A DNA stretch of 64,000 nucleotides from an uncultured Pelagibacteraceae bacterium (GCA_902516435.1 CABXYF010000002.1:32828-96827); one strand, 5' to 3'; shown: positions 18,610 to 28,894, numbered from the stretch's first letter. A program made the numbers and translations. The notes: generated by a model from the letters alone, not told the origin.

Positions 18610-20171
18610 TATTTTAACTTATTCGTTATAAGCTCTTTAGTTTCGTTTACACCAAAAAAACTTATGAAAAAACCCATTCTTGGGCCATTTTCGTCACCAA
18701 AAACAACCTCGTAAATTAATTTAAACCAGTCTCTTAGTTTATCAGCGTAGCCATTTTCTTTACCAGCTGAATAAATTAAAGTTTGGATATCTTCAGGTGA
18801 CATTTCATCATTACATTTTTCTAAAGTTTTAATTAAAGCTAGAAGAGCTTTTTTTTCACTTTCGTTTGGCTTCTTATATTTTTTTTGTGATTTAATTACG
18901 TCGTTAAAATACTTAATTGCATATCCAACTAATCCATCAAAGATTGGAGAATTTTTTTCTTGGATATTTGGTTTATATTTTTTAACAAATTTCCAAAGCA
19001 AATCCTTACTATCTGCATTGCTTGTTTCAACTAAGTTAAGCAACATCGAAAAGGTCATAATCATTTCTTCAGTTGGGATTTTGCCTTCATGAACATGCCA
19101 GACTGGATTCATTATAAGTTGTTGATCTGTTTGTTTTTTAGATTTTTCAATGTTATCTAAATATTCATCTACTGCTTTTGGAACAATTTCTTTATATAGT
19201 TTTTTTGCCCTTCTTGGGTTTTGATACATATATAAAGATAAACTTTCTGGAGATGCATATTTTAACCATTGATCAATAGTAATTCCATTTCCCTTAGATT
19301 TAGAAATCTTCTCACCTTTTTCATCTAAAAATAACTCATATGCAAAGCCAGATGGATTTTTTTTACCAAGTAGGTTGATAATTTTTGTAGATAATATCGC
19401 ACTTTCTATTAAATCTTTACCATACATTTCAAAGTCAATATCAAGAGCATACCATCTCATGGCCCAATCAACCTTCCATTGAAGTTTACAGTTTCCATCA
19501 AGAATACTTTTTTCAAGTTTTTTACCTTTGTTATCGAAAATTATTAAAGATTTTTCTTTATTAATTTCTTTGACTGGTATTTCAAGTACATGCCCAGTGT
19601 CTGGACATATTGGCAAAAACGGGCAGTAGGTTTTTTGACGTTCCTTACCTAGGGTTGGGAGTATAATATTCATTATACCGTCATAATTATCTAAAATTAT
19701 TTTTAACGTCGAGTTAAAATATCCAGTTTTATACAATGCTGTTGAACTTTTAAAACTATACTTAAAATTAAAACTATTTAAAAAATCCTTTAGCATTTCA
19801 TTATTATGTTCACCAAAACTGTTAAATTTTTCAAATGGGTCTGGAACCCCAGTAAGTGGTTTATGCAGATTTTCCTGCAATAACTTTTGATTAGGAATAT
19901 TTTCTGGAACTTTTCTTAGGCCATCCATATCATCTGAAAAAGTTATAATTTCAGCGGGTAAATCTGTTAATAGCATTAATGCATTTACCATCATAGAGGT
20001 CCTTGCAACTTCTCCAAAAGTACCTATGTGAGGTAAACCGCTAGGTCCATATCCAGTTTGTAATATGATTTTTCCTTTTTTTTCTATAAACGATTTTCTT
20101 TCTCTAAGCATTTTTTTAGCCTCCACAAAAGGCCATGCACTGGTTTTGTCTAAAACTTCTTTTTTAATCAT
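18609..20171 (-). CDS. lysS: Lysine--tRNA ligase, class I
   Basis: GYGPSGLPHIG, KLQWKVDW and KISKSKGN motifs. Confidence 0.96.
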   Translation of the reverse strand: MIKKEVLDKTSAWPFVEAKKMLRERKSFIEKKGKIILQTGYGPSGLPHIGTFGEVARTSMMVNALMLLTDLPAEIITFSDDMDGLRKVPENIPNQKLLQENLHKPLTGVPDPFEKFNSFGEHNNEMLKDFLNSFNFKYSFKSSTALYKTGYFNSTLKIILDNYDGIMNIILPTLGKERQKTYCPFLPICPDTGHVLEIPVKEINKEKSLIIFDNKGKKLEKSILDGNCKLQWKVDWAMRWYALDIDFEMYGKDLIESAILSTKIINLLGKKNPSGFAYELFLDEKGEKISKSKGNGITIDQWLKYASPESLSLYMYQNPRRAKKLYKEIVPKAVDEYLDNIEKSKKQTDQQLIMNPVWHVHEGKIPTEEMIMTFSMLLNLVETSNADSKDLLWKFVKKYKPNIQEKNSPIFDGLVGYAIKYFNDVIKSQKKYKKPNESEKKALLALIKTLEKCNDEMSPEDIQTLIYSAGKENGYADKLRDWFKLIYEVVFGDENGPRMGFFISFFGVNETKELITNKLK

Positions 20172-20259
20172 GAATTATTCTTTTAAAATCTCAAATTAAT
20201 GATTTAATTAATTCTTATAGAGTTGAAATTTATTTACCATAAAATAATGTTCTTTCAAA

Positions 20260-21699
20260 ATGTCTAATTATAAAACGGTATTTTTTACACTTGGAATTTT
20301 ACAAATAATCTTAGGGGTAGCTATGTTTGTCCCTATAATTGTGCAATTTATTTATTCAGAAATAGACTCATCTTTTTTTGGAGCATCAATTGTGACGATA
20401 GTTTTTGGAGCACTTTTTTTTTTAACAAATATTGATCATGATAGAAAAGTTAATTTACAACAAGCCTTCCTATTAACAGCTTTATCTTGGTTGAGTATCG
20501 CAGTTTTTGGTTCTTTACCTTTCGTTTTTTCGTCAATGGAAATGTCAATTACAAATGCCTTTTTTGAGAGTATGTCAGGCATTACCACAACAGGTTCAAC
20601 AATCATATCTAATTTGGAAAATGCTCCTAAAGGTATTCTTTTGTGGAGAGCTATTTTACAATGGTTAGGAGGTATAGGTATAATTGTTATGGCTATCACT
20701 CTCATGCCGATAATGAACGTTGGAGGAATGCAATTATTTAAAATCTCCAGCAACGATTCATCAGAAAAAATACTTCCAAAATCTAAGGAAATTGCATTAA
20801 GATTAATATATATATACTCAGCTTTGACTGCTGTTTGCGCACTTAGCTATTGGATTTTTGGAATGGGAATATTTGATAGCTTAACCCATTCAATGACAAC
20901 AATAGCAACTGGCGGGTTTTCAAATTATAATCAATCTATTGGCTATTTTAATAGCGCTTATATTGAAATTGTCTCTATGGTGTTTATTATTTTTGGAAGT
21001 ATTCCCTTTATTGCTTATATTAAATTTTTAAATGGAGATAAAAAAATATTCACAAACGATACTCAAATTAAATCTTTTTTAAAAATTATAATTTTATCAA
21101 TATTCATTTTATGTTTTTATTTATTTTTAACTAGTAATGAAAACTTTTCATTCAGAAGTATAACTTTCAATACTATTTCTATTTTAACTGGAACTGGTTA
21201 TGTAAATGCTGAATTTGATAGCTGGGGTAGTTTTCCAATAAGTATTTTTCTTATATTAATGTTTATTGGTGGGTGTGCAGGATCAACTACGTGTGGAATT
21301 AAGATTTTTAGAATTCAAATTCTTTATCTTTTTGTATTAAATCAACTTAAAAAAATTATTTATCCAAAAGGAGTTTTCTTGATAAAGTATGACCAAAATT
21401 CTGTAGATGAAAAATTTATTGCGTCAATTATATCTTTTATATTTTTTTATTTTGTAATTTTTTTTGTTTTGGCTGCTTTATTATCCTTAACTGGTCTTGA
21501 TTTCATTACTGCCCTTTCTGGAGCTGCAACATCTATTTCAAATGTTGGTCCAGGTTTAGGCCCAATAATTGGACCAAATGGAGATTTTTCATCATTACCA
21601 AATATATCAAAATGGCTTTTATCAATTGGAATGATTCTAGGTAGACTTGAGTTATTTGCAATACTAGTATTGTTTCTACCATCGTTTTGGAGAAACTAA
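20260..21699 (+). CDS. trkH: Trk-type K+ uptake membrane protein
   Basis: FESMSGITTTG, WLGGIG, ATGGFS, GGCAGST, SNVGPG and GRLE motifs. Confidence 0.95.
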   Translation: MSNYKTVFFTLGILQIILGVAMFVPIIVQFIYSEIDSSFFGASIVTIVFGALFFLTNIDHDRKVNLQQAFLLTALSWLSIAVFGSLPFVFSSMEMSITNAFFESMSGITTTGSTIISNLENAPKGILLWRAILQWLGGIGIIVMAITLMPIMNVGGMQLFKISSNDSSEKILPKSKEIALRLIYIYSALTAVCALSYWIFGMGIFDSLTHSMTTIATGGFSNYNQSIGYFNSAYIEIVSMVFIIFGSIPFIAYIKFLNGDKKIFTNDTQIKSFLKIIILSIFILCFYLFLTSNENFSFRSITFNTISILTGTGYVNAEFDSWGSFPISIFLILMFIGGCAGSTTCGIKIFRIQILYLFVLNQLKKIIYPKGVFLIKYDQNSVDEKFIASIISFIFFYFVIFFVLAALLSLTGLDFITALSGAATSISNVGPGLGPIIGPNGDFSSLPNISKWLLSIGMILGRLELFAILVLFLPSFWRN

Positions 21700-23076
21700 A
21701 TGATTGAGATAAAAAAACAAACACTAGCTGAAACTTTTTCTATTTATTATGACAAAAGAATGTTGAGAATACTTTTGCTAGGAGCCATCTCAGGTTTTCC
21801 GTGGGTTTTAATTGCAAGTAGTTTGAGTCTTTGGTTAAAAGAAGAAGGTCTAAGTAGGTCTACTATTGGTTGGGCAGGATTAATCTTTGGTGTGTATGCT
21901 TTTAATTATTTGTGGGCTCCAATTATCGATAGAGTTCAAATACCTTACTTAGCAAAAAAATTAGGTCATAGACGAGGATGGATAGTCTTAATGCAAATCA
22001 TAATTTTGTTATGTCTAGTAGTTTGGAGCTCAATTAATCCAACAGAAAATTTAGCTCTATTAATAAGTGTAGGATTAATTATTGCTATAGCCTCAGCTAC
22101 TCAAGATATAACTGTCGATGCGTTAAGAATTGAGCAAATTAATGAAAATGAAGGAAAATCCATGGCAGCTGGTGCTGCAATGGCTGTTGTGGGTTGGTGG
22201 ACAGGTTATAAATTGGGTGGTGTTGTTGCATTGTTTACTGCTGAATTTTTTGAAAATTTAGGTGTGTCTGATTACTGGCAAGCTACATTTTTAATTCTGG
22301 GGATTTTAATTATTTTAATGAACATAGGTTTAATGTTTGTTAGTGAACCCATTGAAACAGATAGACAGGTTAAACAAAGAGAAACGGACCAACTAATTGG
22401 AAAAAAACTTGGATCGAATAATTTGATAACAAACTTTATTGCTTATATTACAGGAACCATCGGTGGACCCATTATAAGTTTTTTTAAAAAAAATGGTTTT
22501 GCTATTGCAGCTGGAATTTTAGCATTTGTTTTTTTATTTAAAATTGGTGAAGCTTTTATGGGAAGAATGTCTATTGTTTTTTATAAAGAAATTGGATTTT
22601 CAAAAGGACAAATCGCAATTTATTCTAAAGGACTTGGTTGGATTACAACGGTAATGTTTACATTGTTAGGTGGTTTAATGGCTATGAGAGCAGGAACAAT
22701 AAAAACTATGTTCTTTGCTGGAGGTTTAATGGCTATCACGAATATTTTATTTGCCGTTTTGGCTTGGACAGGAAAATCTGAAATTTTGTTTGCAATTGCT
22801 GTAATTGCTGATGATATTACTGCAGCATTTGCAACAGTGGCTTTTGTTGCTTTTATTTCCTTATTAGTAGATAGGACTTATACTGCAACTCAATATGCAT
22901 TGCTTGCTTCGATAGGCACTGCTGGAAGAACCACTTTGGCCTCTTCATCGGGTGCATTAGTAGATTGGCTAAACGGTGATTGGGGAACATTCTTCATTTT
23001 AACAACAATTATGGTCATCCCTTCACTGATTTGCTTATGGTTTATAAAAAATGAAATTAAAATTGGTGAAAGATAA
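21700..23076 (+). CDS. ampG: AmpG-family muropeptide MFS permease
   Basis: LLGAISGFP, LWAPIID, SATQDITVDALRIE and TATQYALL motifs. Confidence 0.88.
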   Translation: MIEIKKQTLAETFSIYYDKRMLRILLLGAISGFPWVLIASSLSLWLKEEGLSRSTIGWAGLIFGVYAFNYLWAPIIDRVQIPYLAKKLGHRRGWIVLMQIIILLCLVVWSSINPTENLALLISVGLIIAIASATQDITVDALRIEQINENEGKSMAAGAAMAVVGWWTGYKLGGVVALFTAEFFENLGVSDYWQATFLILGILIILMNIGLMFVSEPIETDRQVKQRETDQLIGKKLGSNNLITNFIAYITGTIGGPIISFFKKNGFAIAAGILAFVFLFKIGEAFMGRMSIVFYKEIGFSKGQIAIYSKGLGWITTVMFTLLGGLMAMRAGTIKTMFFAGGLMAITNILFAVLAWTGKSEILFAIAVIADDITAAFATVAFVAFISLLVDRTYTATQYALLASIGTAGRTTLASSSGALVDWLNGDWGTFFILTTIMVIPSLICLWFIKNEIKIGER

Positions 23077-23809
23077 TTTTTACTTTAAAGGAAGTTTTTC
23101 AAACATTTATAAAAAACCTCGTAATTCATCTGAGGTAACTTCTCAAATAATATATGGTGAAAAATTTAAAATTCTTTCTAAAAATAAAAATTGGATAAAA
23201 ATTAAATCTTCATATGATAAATACATTGGATACATTAAAAACAAACAATACGTCCAAAACTTTAATCCAAAATACAAGGTAAGTGTATTAAAGGCAAAAA
23301 TTTATACAAAACCTAACTATGTATCAAACGGTCACCTTCCTCTAGGATCTAAATTAAGTGTGGAAAAAGAGATAAAATTTTATATTAAAATTGACAAAAA
23401 TAAATGGATTAAAAAAAAAGATATTAAAGAAATTAATTACAAAGAAAAAAACTTTATTAAATTTTTTACAAAATTTCTTAATGTGAGTTATAAGTGGGGG
23501 GGCAAGACTTATAAAGGTATCGATTGTTCTGCCTTATTACAAATATTTTTTTATTATAATAATTTATTTTATCCTCGGGATACTAAAGACCAAATAAAGT
23601 ACTCCATAAAAAAAATATCAAAAAAGTTTAAAAAGGGAGATATTATATTCTGGAAAGGTCACGTTGCTATTTGTATAAATTCTAAACAGTTGATACATGC
23701 TTATGGTCCAGAAAAAAAAGTACTTATTATGCCAATAAAAAAAACTGCCACAAGAATACTTAACACAGCATATCTTAAAGTAAGAAAAATTTCTAAAATA
23801 AAATTCTAG
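23051..23809 (+). CDS. SH3-domain NlpC/P60 (C40) peptidase
   Basis: YKWGG..GIDCSAL (catalytic Cys), PRDT, GHVAI and IHA motifs. Start may be GTG 23066. Confidence 0.88.
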   Translation: MKLKLVKDNFYFKGSFSNIYKKPRNSSEVTSQIIYGEKFKILSKNKNWIKIKSSYDKYIGYIKNKQYVQNFNPKYKVSVLKAKIYTKPNYVSNGHLPLGSKLSVEKEIKFYIKIDKNKWIKKKDIKEINYKEKNFIKFFTKFLNVSYKWGGKTYKGIDCSALLQIFFYYNNLFYPRDTKDQIKYSIKKISKKFKKGDIIFWKGHVAICINSKQLIHAYGPEKKVLIMPIKKTATRILNTAYLKVRKISKIKF

Positions 23810-24702
23810 ACTCTGCCAAAGTCAGGTTTGTTTATATCTTGTTTTAACTTAAGAATTTTTGATCGCACTCTTTTAGTTTGAATCAATTTTTTTAATATTG
23901 ATTTATTATTTTTTAAGTTAATATCTCTTTTGAATTCGGTTAGATTTTTGATGAATAGATCAATAGCTTTTGAAATATTATTACTATTATTAAAAAATAT
24001 ATCTCTCCACATAATTTCATTTGAAGCGGCTATTCTCGAAAAGTCTCTAAGACCTCCAGCACTAAATTTAATTAAGTCATAATTTTGTTTTTTTTCAAAA
24101 TCTTGCGCTGATTTTACTAAATTATATGCAATTAAATGAGGTAAATGACTAGTTATGGAAAAAATTTTATCATGTTTTTCGGTTGTCATAACAATAACTT
24201 TTGATCCCATTTTTTTCCAAAAATTATTTAAAATATTTAAGTTTCTTTTTTTTGTAGTTTTTTCTTTAATTAAAATACACCAACGATCTTGAAACATATT
24301 TTCCTTACCATGTTCTGGGCCACTTACTTCAGAGCCTGCAATAGGATGACTTTGGGTCCAATAAATGTTTTTTTTCAGATACTTTTTTATAAGTTTTGAG
24401 GTCTCTATTTTAGATGATCCTATATCTGTAATTAATGTTTTAGAGGATATAAAATTATTTATCTTCAAGATAAGATTTTTATATTCACTCATTGGGGTAC
24501 AAAAAATAATAAGATCATAATTAACCACCCCTTTATCAAGCTTATCTATAACAATACAAGGGAGTCTTAATTTTTTTATTTTTAAAATATTTGATTTTGA
24601 TTTTTCATAAATAAATATTTTTTTGGCAATTTTTTTTTTATGAATACGTCTCAATAGAGAGGATCCTAATAAACCACATCCAATAATTAAAATATTATTC
24701 AT
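23806..24702 (-). CDS. tyrA: Prephenate/arogenate (cyclohexadienyl) dehydrogenase
   Basis: IGCGLLG, TDIGSSK, HPIAGSE, HD..SHLPH and DFSRIA motifs. Confidence 0.92.
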   Translation of the reverse strand: MNNILIIGCGLLGSSLLRRIHKKKIAKKIFIYEKSKSNILKIKKLRLPCIVIDKLDKGVVNYDLIIFCTPMSEYKNLILKINNFISSKTLITDIGSSKIETSKLIKKYLKKNIYWTQSHPIAGSEVSGPEHGKENMFQDRWCILIKEKTTKKRNLNILNNFWKKMGSKVIVMTTEKHDKIFSITSHLPHLIAYNLVKSAQDFEKKQNYDLIKFSAGGLRDFSRIAASNEIMWRDIFFNNSNNISKAIDLFIKNLTEFKRDINLKNNKSILKKLIQTKRVRSKILKLKQDINKPDFGRV

Positions 24703-25785
24703 TTAATTTAATATTCTTTTCACAGTATTCATAAACTTTAAATTTTCTTCTTTAGACCCTATTGTTAATCTCAATTTATTTTTAATACCATAACCATCCA
24801 CAGTCGATCTTAAGATTATACCTTTTTGTTTTAATTTTTCGTACAAATATTTTGCTGAAATTTGACTTTGATCAAAATTTAAAAATAAAAAATTTGCTGA
24901 AACCTTATTGGTATAAATATTATAAATCTCAAGAAATTTTTTTAACTTATTTGCATAAAATAAATTATGCTTAATAGATTTAATTATAAATTTTTTATCT
25001 TTAAGAGACTCAGCAGCTGCTAACTGCCCTATACCATTTACATTAAAAGGTGGTTTAATCACATTTAAAGTATCTATTATTTTTTTTGATCCATAACCCC
25101 ATCCTACTCTTAAAGAAGCTAATCCAAACATTTTTGAAAACGTTCTTAATATAAAAACATTGTCTCTATTTCTAAACAAATCTAAAGCTGAGGTATAATC
25201 TTTATTTGACATATACTCCGAATACGCATCATCAACTATAAGTAAAATATTTTTATTTAGTTTATTTCTCAGTTCTAATATTTCCTTTTTTGTTAAATAA
25301 GTTGCAGTAGGATTATTGGGATTTGCAATGAACACCATTTTAGTTTTTCTCGTAATCTTTTTTAAAATTTCTTTTGTTGAGACTTTAAAATTTATCTCTT
25401 TTGCAAATAAAACTTTGGCACCAACAATTTTTGCATATATTCTGTACATCAAAAAACTATATTCTGGAACTATTACTTCATCTTTTGGATTTAAATACAG
25501 TTGACACAACATTTGGATTACTTCATCAGATCCTGCACCACAAATAATTTTATTAAAATCACAATTATATTTTTTTGAAATTGCTTTCCTTAATACCTTA
25601 GACTTTCCATCAGGATATTTATCTAAAATCATTTTTTTATTTGATATCAATCTTTTCGCCATGGGGCTAATCCCAAGTGCTGACTCATTTGCTGATAGTT
25701 TTATAACTTTTTTAAGTTTTCTTACCTTTGATTTACCAGGTTTATAAGCTTCAATTTTAAATTTTTTGAATTTTGGAGTAACCAT
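24703..25785 (-). CDS. hisC: Histidinol-phosphate aminotransferase
   Basis: KLSANES, GSDE, NPNNPT, DDAY and RTFSKMFGLASLRVG motifs. Confidence 0.94.
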   Translation of the reverse strand: MVTPKFKKFKIEAYKPGKSKVRKLKKVIKLSANESALGISPMAKRLISNKKMILDKYPDGKSKVLRKAISKKYNCDFNKIICGAGSDEVIQMLCQLYLNPKDEVIVPEYSFLMYRIYAKIVGAKVLFAKEINFKVSTKEILKKITRKTKMVFIANPNNPTATYLTKKEILELRNKLNKNILLIVDDAYSEYMSNKDYTSALDLFRNRDNVFILRTFSKMFGLASLRVGWGYGSKKIIDTLNVIKPPFNVNGIGQLAAAESLKDKKFIIKSIKHNLFYANKLKKFLEIYNIYTNKVSANFLFLNFDQSQISAKYLYEKLKQKGIILRSTVDGYGIKNKLRLTIGSKEENLKFMNTVKRILN

Positions 25786-25860
25786 TTTTTTTAATTTAAT
25801 GAGCTCTTTATAGATAAAATTACAAAATTTTATATAGAATAAGACAATTTTTAAAAAAAA

Positions 25861-25889
25861 TTGACATAATAAATAACTTCTAGTACAAA
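25861..25889 (+). promoter_or_regulatory. sigma70 promoter for the SAM-II/metXW transcript
   Basis: TTGACA-N17-TACAAA; the predicted TSS (~25895-25896) coincides with the aptamer 5' end. Confidence 0.7.
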
Positions 25890-25895
25890 ATTTGT

Positions 25896-25944
25896 GCGCT
25901 GATTTAACTGAATTGCGAGCGCTTAAAAAAAACCGCTAAAATAG
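25896..25944 (+). ncRNA. SAM-II riboswitch aptamer
   Basis: GCGCTGATTTAACTGAATTGCGAGCGC...GCTAAAATAG: P1 GCGCT/AGCGC, GATTT loop, pseudoknot TTGC/GCTAA and CTG/TAG. Lies upstream of metX, the canonical context. Confidence 0.92.
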
Positions 25945-25978
25945 TTTTTTTTCTCACAATTCAATAAGTAGCTTTATT

Positions 25979-27097
25979 ATGAATATTGAGAGTAATATTA
26001 AAACCTTGTTTGTAAAAACACCTTTAAAGTTAGATTGTGGAGAAACTATTAATGACTTTCCGATAGCATATGAAACCTATGGTTCATTAAATGAAAAAAA
26101 AGATAACGCCATACTAGTTTTTCATGCATTAACTGGAGATCAATTTGTCACTGGCTTAAATCCAATAACGAAAAAAGAAGGTTGGTGGTCTTATGCAGTT
26201 GGACCTAATAAAGCAATTGATACCAAAAAATATTTTGTAATTTGCTCAAATGTTATAGGTGGATGCATGGGTTCATATGGACCAAGCCATACTGATCCTC
26301 ACACTGGGAATGTATTTGGCACCAATTTCCCTATTTTAACTATTAACGATATGGTGAACGCCCAATTAAATTTACTTGATCATTTTGGAATAGATAAACT
26401 ATTTTCGATTACTGGTGGCTCAATGGGAGGTATGCAAGTACTTCAATTTATTAGTAATTTTCCAGATAAATCTAAAACAGTAATTCCAATTGCATGTACT
26501 TCCAGTCACTCAGCTCAAAACATTGCGTTTAATGAATTGGGAAGACAAGCAATAGCTGCTGACAGTAATTGGAAAGATGGAACTTATTCCTCTAACAATA
26601 CAAATCCAAATAAAGGTCTGGCTGTTGCCAGAATGGCAGCTCACATAACTTACCTATCTAAAAAAGGTCTTCAGGAAAAATTTGGGAGGAAACTTCAGGA
26701 AAGAGAAGATGTGAAATTTGGTTTTGATGCTGATTTTCAAATAGAAAGTTATTTAAGATATCAAGGTTCAGTATTTGTTGATAGATTTGATGCAAACAGC
26801 TATCTCTATATTACAAGAGCAATGGATTATTTTGATTTGTCAAAACAATTTAATGGTAATTTATCAAATGCTTTCAAAGCAACGAAGGCAAAGTTTTTTA
26901 TAATGTCTTTTACATCTGACTGGCTTTATCCAACTCAAGAAAATAAGGATATTGTTATTGCCTTAAATTCTATTGGCGCAGATGTAGGTTTTGTAGAAAT
27001 TAAATCTGATAAAGGTCACGACTCCTTTTTATTAGATGTTCCAGACTTTTTAAGTGCACTTAAAAACTTTTTAGACAAATCTTACATAGAAAATTAA
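25979..27097 (+). CDS. metX: Homoserine O-acyltransferase (MetX family)
   Basis: HALTGD, NVIGGC, GGSMGG, RFDAN and GHDSFL motifs. Confidence 0.96.
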   Translation: MNIESNIKTLFVKTPLKLDCGETINDFPIAYETYGSLNEKKDNAILVFHALTGDQFVTGLNPITKKEGWWSYAVGPNKAIDTKKYFVICSNVIGGCMGSYGPSHTDPHTGNVFGTNFPILTINDMVNAQLNLLDHFGIDKLFSITGGSMGGMQVLQFISNFPDKSKTVIPIACTSSHSAQNIAFNELGRQAIAADSNWKDGTYSSNNTNPNKGLAVARMAAHITYLSKKGLQEKFGRKLQEREDVKFGFDADFQIESYLRYQGSVFVDRFDANSYLYITRAMDYFDLSKQFNGNLSNAFKATKAKFFIMSFTSDWLYPTQENKDIVIALNSIGADVGFVEIKSDKGHDSFLLDVPDFLSALKNFLDKSYIEN

Positions 27098-27099
27098 TT

Positions 27100-27696
27100 A
27101 TGAAAAATGAATTTCAAGTAATATCAGAATTAATAGAAAATGATAAAAAAGTGCTTGATGTGGGTTGTGGAGATGGAATTTTAATGGAGTTCTTGAAAAA
27201 AAATAAAAATACAAACATTAGAGGACTAGAGATATCAAAAAGTAAAGTCCAAGAATGTATTGCAAAAGGATTAACAGTAATTGAGGGAAATGCAGAAAAA
27301 GATCTAAAACAATTTCCAGACAAATCATTCGACTATGTTGTTCTAAGTCAAACTCTTCAGGCCTTTTTAGATCCTGAGCTAGTTATAAAAGAACTTTTAA
27401 GAGTTGGAAAAAAGGCGATTGTAACAATTCCAAACTTTGGGTATTGGAAAGTAAGATTGCATTTACTTTTAAAAGGAACAATGCCAATTACTAAAAGATT
27501 ACCAGATGAATGGTACAATACCCCTAATGTTCATATGTGTTCGATTAAGGATTTTTTTCAGTTTGTAAGATCAAAGGACATTAAAATTTTTAAATCATTA
27601 GCTGTAAACAATCAGAATGTATCGATAATAAAAGATAGTAATTTGCCAATCAAGAATCTTGTTGCAGACCTAGGAATATTTTTGATAGAAAAATAA
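27100..27696 (+). CDS. metW: Methionine biosynthesis protein MetW
   Basis: VLDVGCGDG, LSQTLQA, PNFGYW and WYNTPN motifs; follows metX. Confidence 0.95.
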   Translation: MKNEFQVISELIENDKKVLDVGCGDGILMEFLKKNKNTNIRGLEISKSKVQECIAKGLTVIEGNAEKDLKQFPDKSFDYVVLSQTLQAFLDPELVIKELLRVGKKAIVTIPNFGYWKVRLHLLLKGTMPITKRLPDEWYNTPNVHMCSIKDFFQFVRSKDIKIFKSLAVNNQNVSIIKDSNLPIKNLVADLGIFLIEK

Positions 27697-27697
27697 A

Positions 27698-28417
27698 ATG
27701 AAAGTAGAAATTATTTCATGTCTCCAGGATAATTATAGTTATTTAATTATTGATGAAACTAATAATTTGGCATGTGTTATTGATCCAAGCGAGGCTCAGC
27801 CAATAATTGATTACCTAAAAAATAAAAATATTAAGTTAAAATATATTTTAAATACTCACCATCATTTTGACCATATCGGAGGAAACATAGAATTAAAAAA
27901 AAAATTTAATAGTATTGTTGTTGGCTATAAGCATGACTCAGACAGAATTCCAGAAATTGATATATGTCTTGAAAACAATGAAATATGGAAAAGTGATAAA
28001 TTTGAAGCCAAAATAATTCATGTGCCTGGTCATACCAAAGGTCATATTTGTTTTCATTTTTATAATGAAAAATTACTCTTTACTGGAGATACACTTTTTT
28101 CACTTGGTTGTGGAAGAATTTTTGAAGGTACTTATGAGCAAATGTTTAGTTCCTTAAACAAAATTAAGGCCATGCCCCTTGATACTCAAATTTATTGTGG
28201 ACATGAATATACTCTTAATAACTCAAAATTTTGTATCAAACATGACTCTGAAAATTTAAGTCTTAAAAAAAAAATACGTAATATTGAAATGAAACTAAAC
28301 AATAACATGCCTACAGTTCCGTCTACACTTAAAGAGGAATTGGATTGTAATATTTTTCTAAGAGCAAAAGATATCAAAACCTTTTCAAAACTGCGAGATT
28401 TAAAGGATAATTTCTAG
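27698..28417 (+). CDS. gloB: Hydroxyacylglutathione hydrolase (glyoxalase II)
   Basis: DNYSY, THHHFDHIGG, PGHT, GDTLFSLGCGR and CGHEYT motifs. Confidence 0.95.
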   Translation: MKVEIISCLQDNYSYLIIDETNNLACVIDPSEAQPIIDYLKNKNIKLKYILNTHHHFDHIGGNIELKKKFNSIVVGYKHDSDRIPEIDICLENNEIWKSDKFEAKIIHVPGHTKGHICFHFYNEKLLFTGDTLFSLGCGRIFEGTYEQMFSSLNKIKAMPLDTQIYCGHEYTLNNSKFCIKHDSENLSLKKKIRNIEMKLNNNMPTVPSTLKEELDCNIFLRAKDIKTFSKLRDLKDNF

Positions 28418-28427
28418 CTAATTCGGC

Positions 28428-28455
28428 TTGACTAAAACTTTACTACAACTATATT
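28428..28455 (+). promoter_or_regulatory. Putative rplU-rpmA promoter
   Basis: TTGACT-N16-TATATT. Confidence 0.55.
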
Positions 28456-28482
28456 GCGAATACTTAAATTAATATTCATACT

Positions 28483-28881
28483 ATGTCTTACGCAGTAATA
28501 AAAACAGGTGGAAAACAATACAAAGTGAAGTCTGGTGAAATTCTAAAAGTAGAAAAGTTACCAGATTCTAAACCTGAAACAAAAATCGAATTTAATGAAA
28601 TCCTAGCATATGGGGATGATAAATCAATTGAGGTTGGAGCTCCTCATGTCACTGGAGCAAAAGTTGAAGCTGATTTAATTAAAAATAGTAAAAATAGAAC
28701 GATACTAATTTTTAAAAAAAGAAGAAGACACAATTCAAGAAGAAAAAATGGACATAGACAAGAGTATTCTATGATTAGAATAAATAAAATTTTTTCAAAA
28801 GATGGTAAAGTTTTGTCTGAAGCAGAAAAGATTTCTAAAATACCAAAAAAAGAAGAAACTAAAGAAGTGGTAAATAAATAA
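28483..28881 (+). CDS. rplU: 50S ribosomal protein L21, with a short C-terminal extension
   Basis: YAVIKTGGKQYKV and KNGHRQ motifs. Confidence 0.97.
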   Translation: MSYAVIKTGGKQYKVKSGEILKVEKLPDSKPETKIEFNEILAYGDDKSIEVGAPHVTGAKVEADLIKNSKNRTILIFKKRRRHNSRRKNGHRQEYSMIRINKIFSKDGKVLSEAEKISKIPKKEETKEVVNK

Positions 28882-28894
28882 GATAAGGTAAAAT

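Noticed and set aside
23051-25785. Very AT-rich, Lys-rich nlpC-tyrA-hisC as a horizontally acquired island
   Set aside because: These are core genes in typical order with no mobility signatures; the bias fits weakly expressed genes in an AT-rich genome.
25945-25978. Tandem SAM-V aptamer after SAM-II
   Set aside because: Too short and lacks a second pseudoknot core.
28456-28482. Ribosomal-protein leader hairpin before rplU (GAATA/TATTC)
   Set aside because: A weak 5-bp AT-rich stem, expected by chance.
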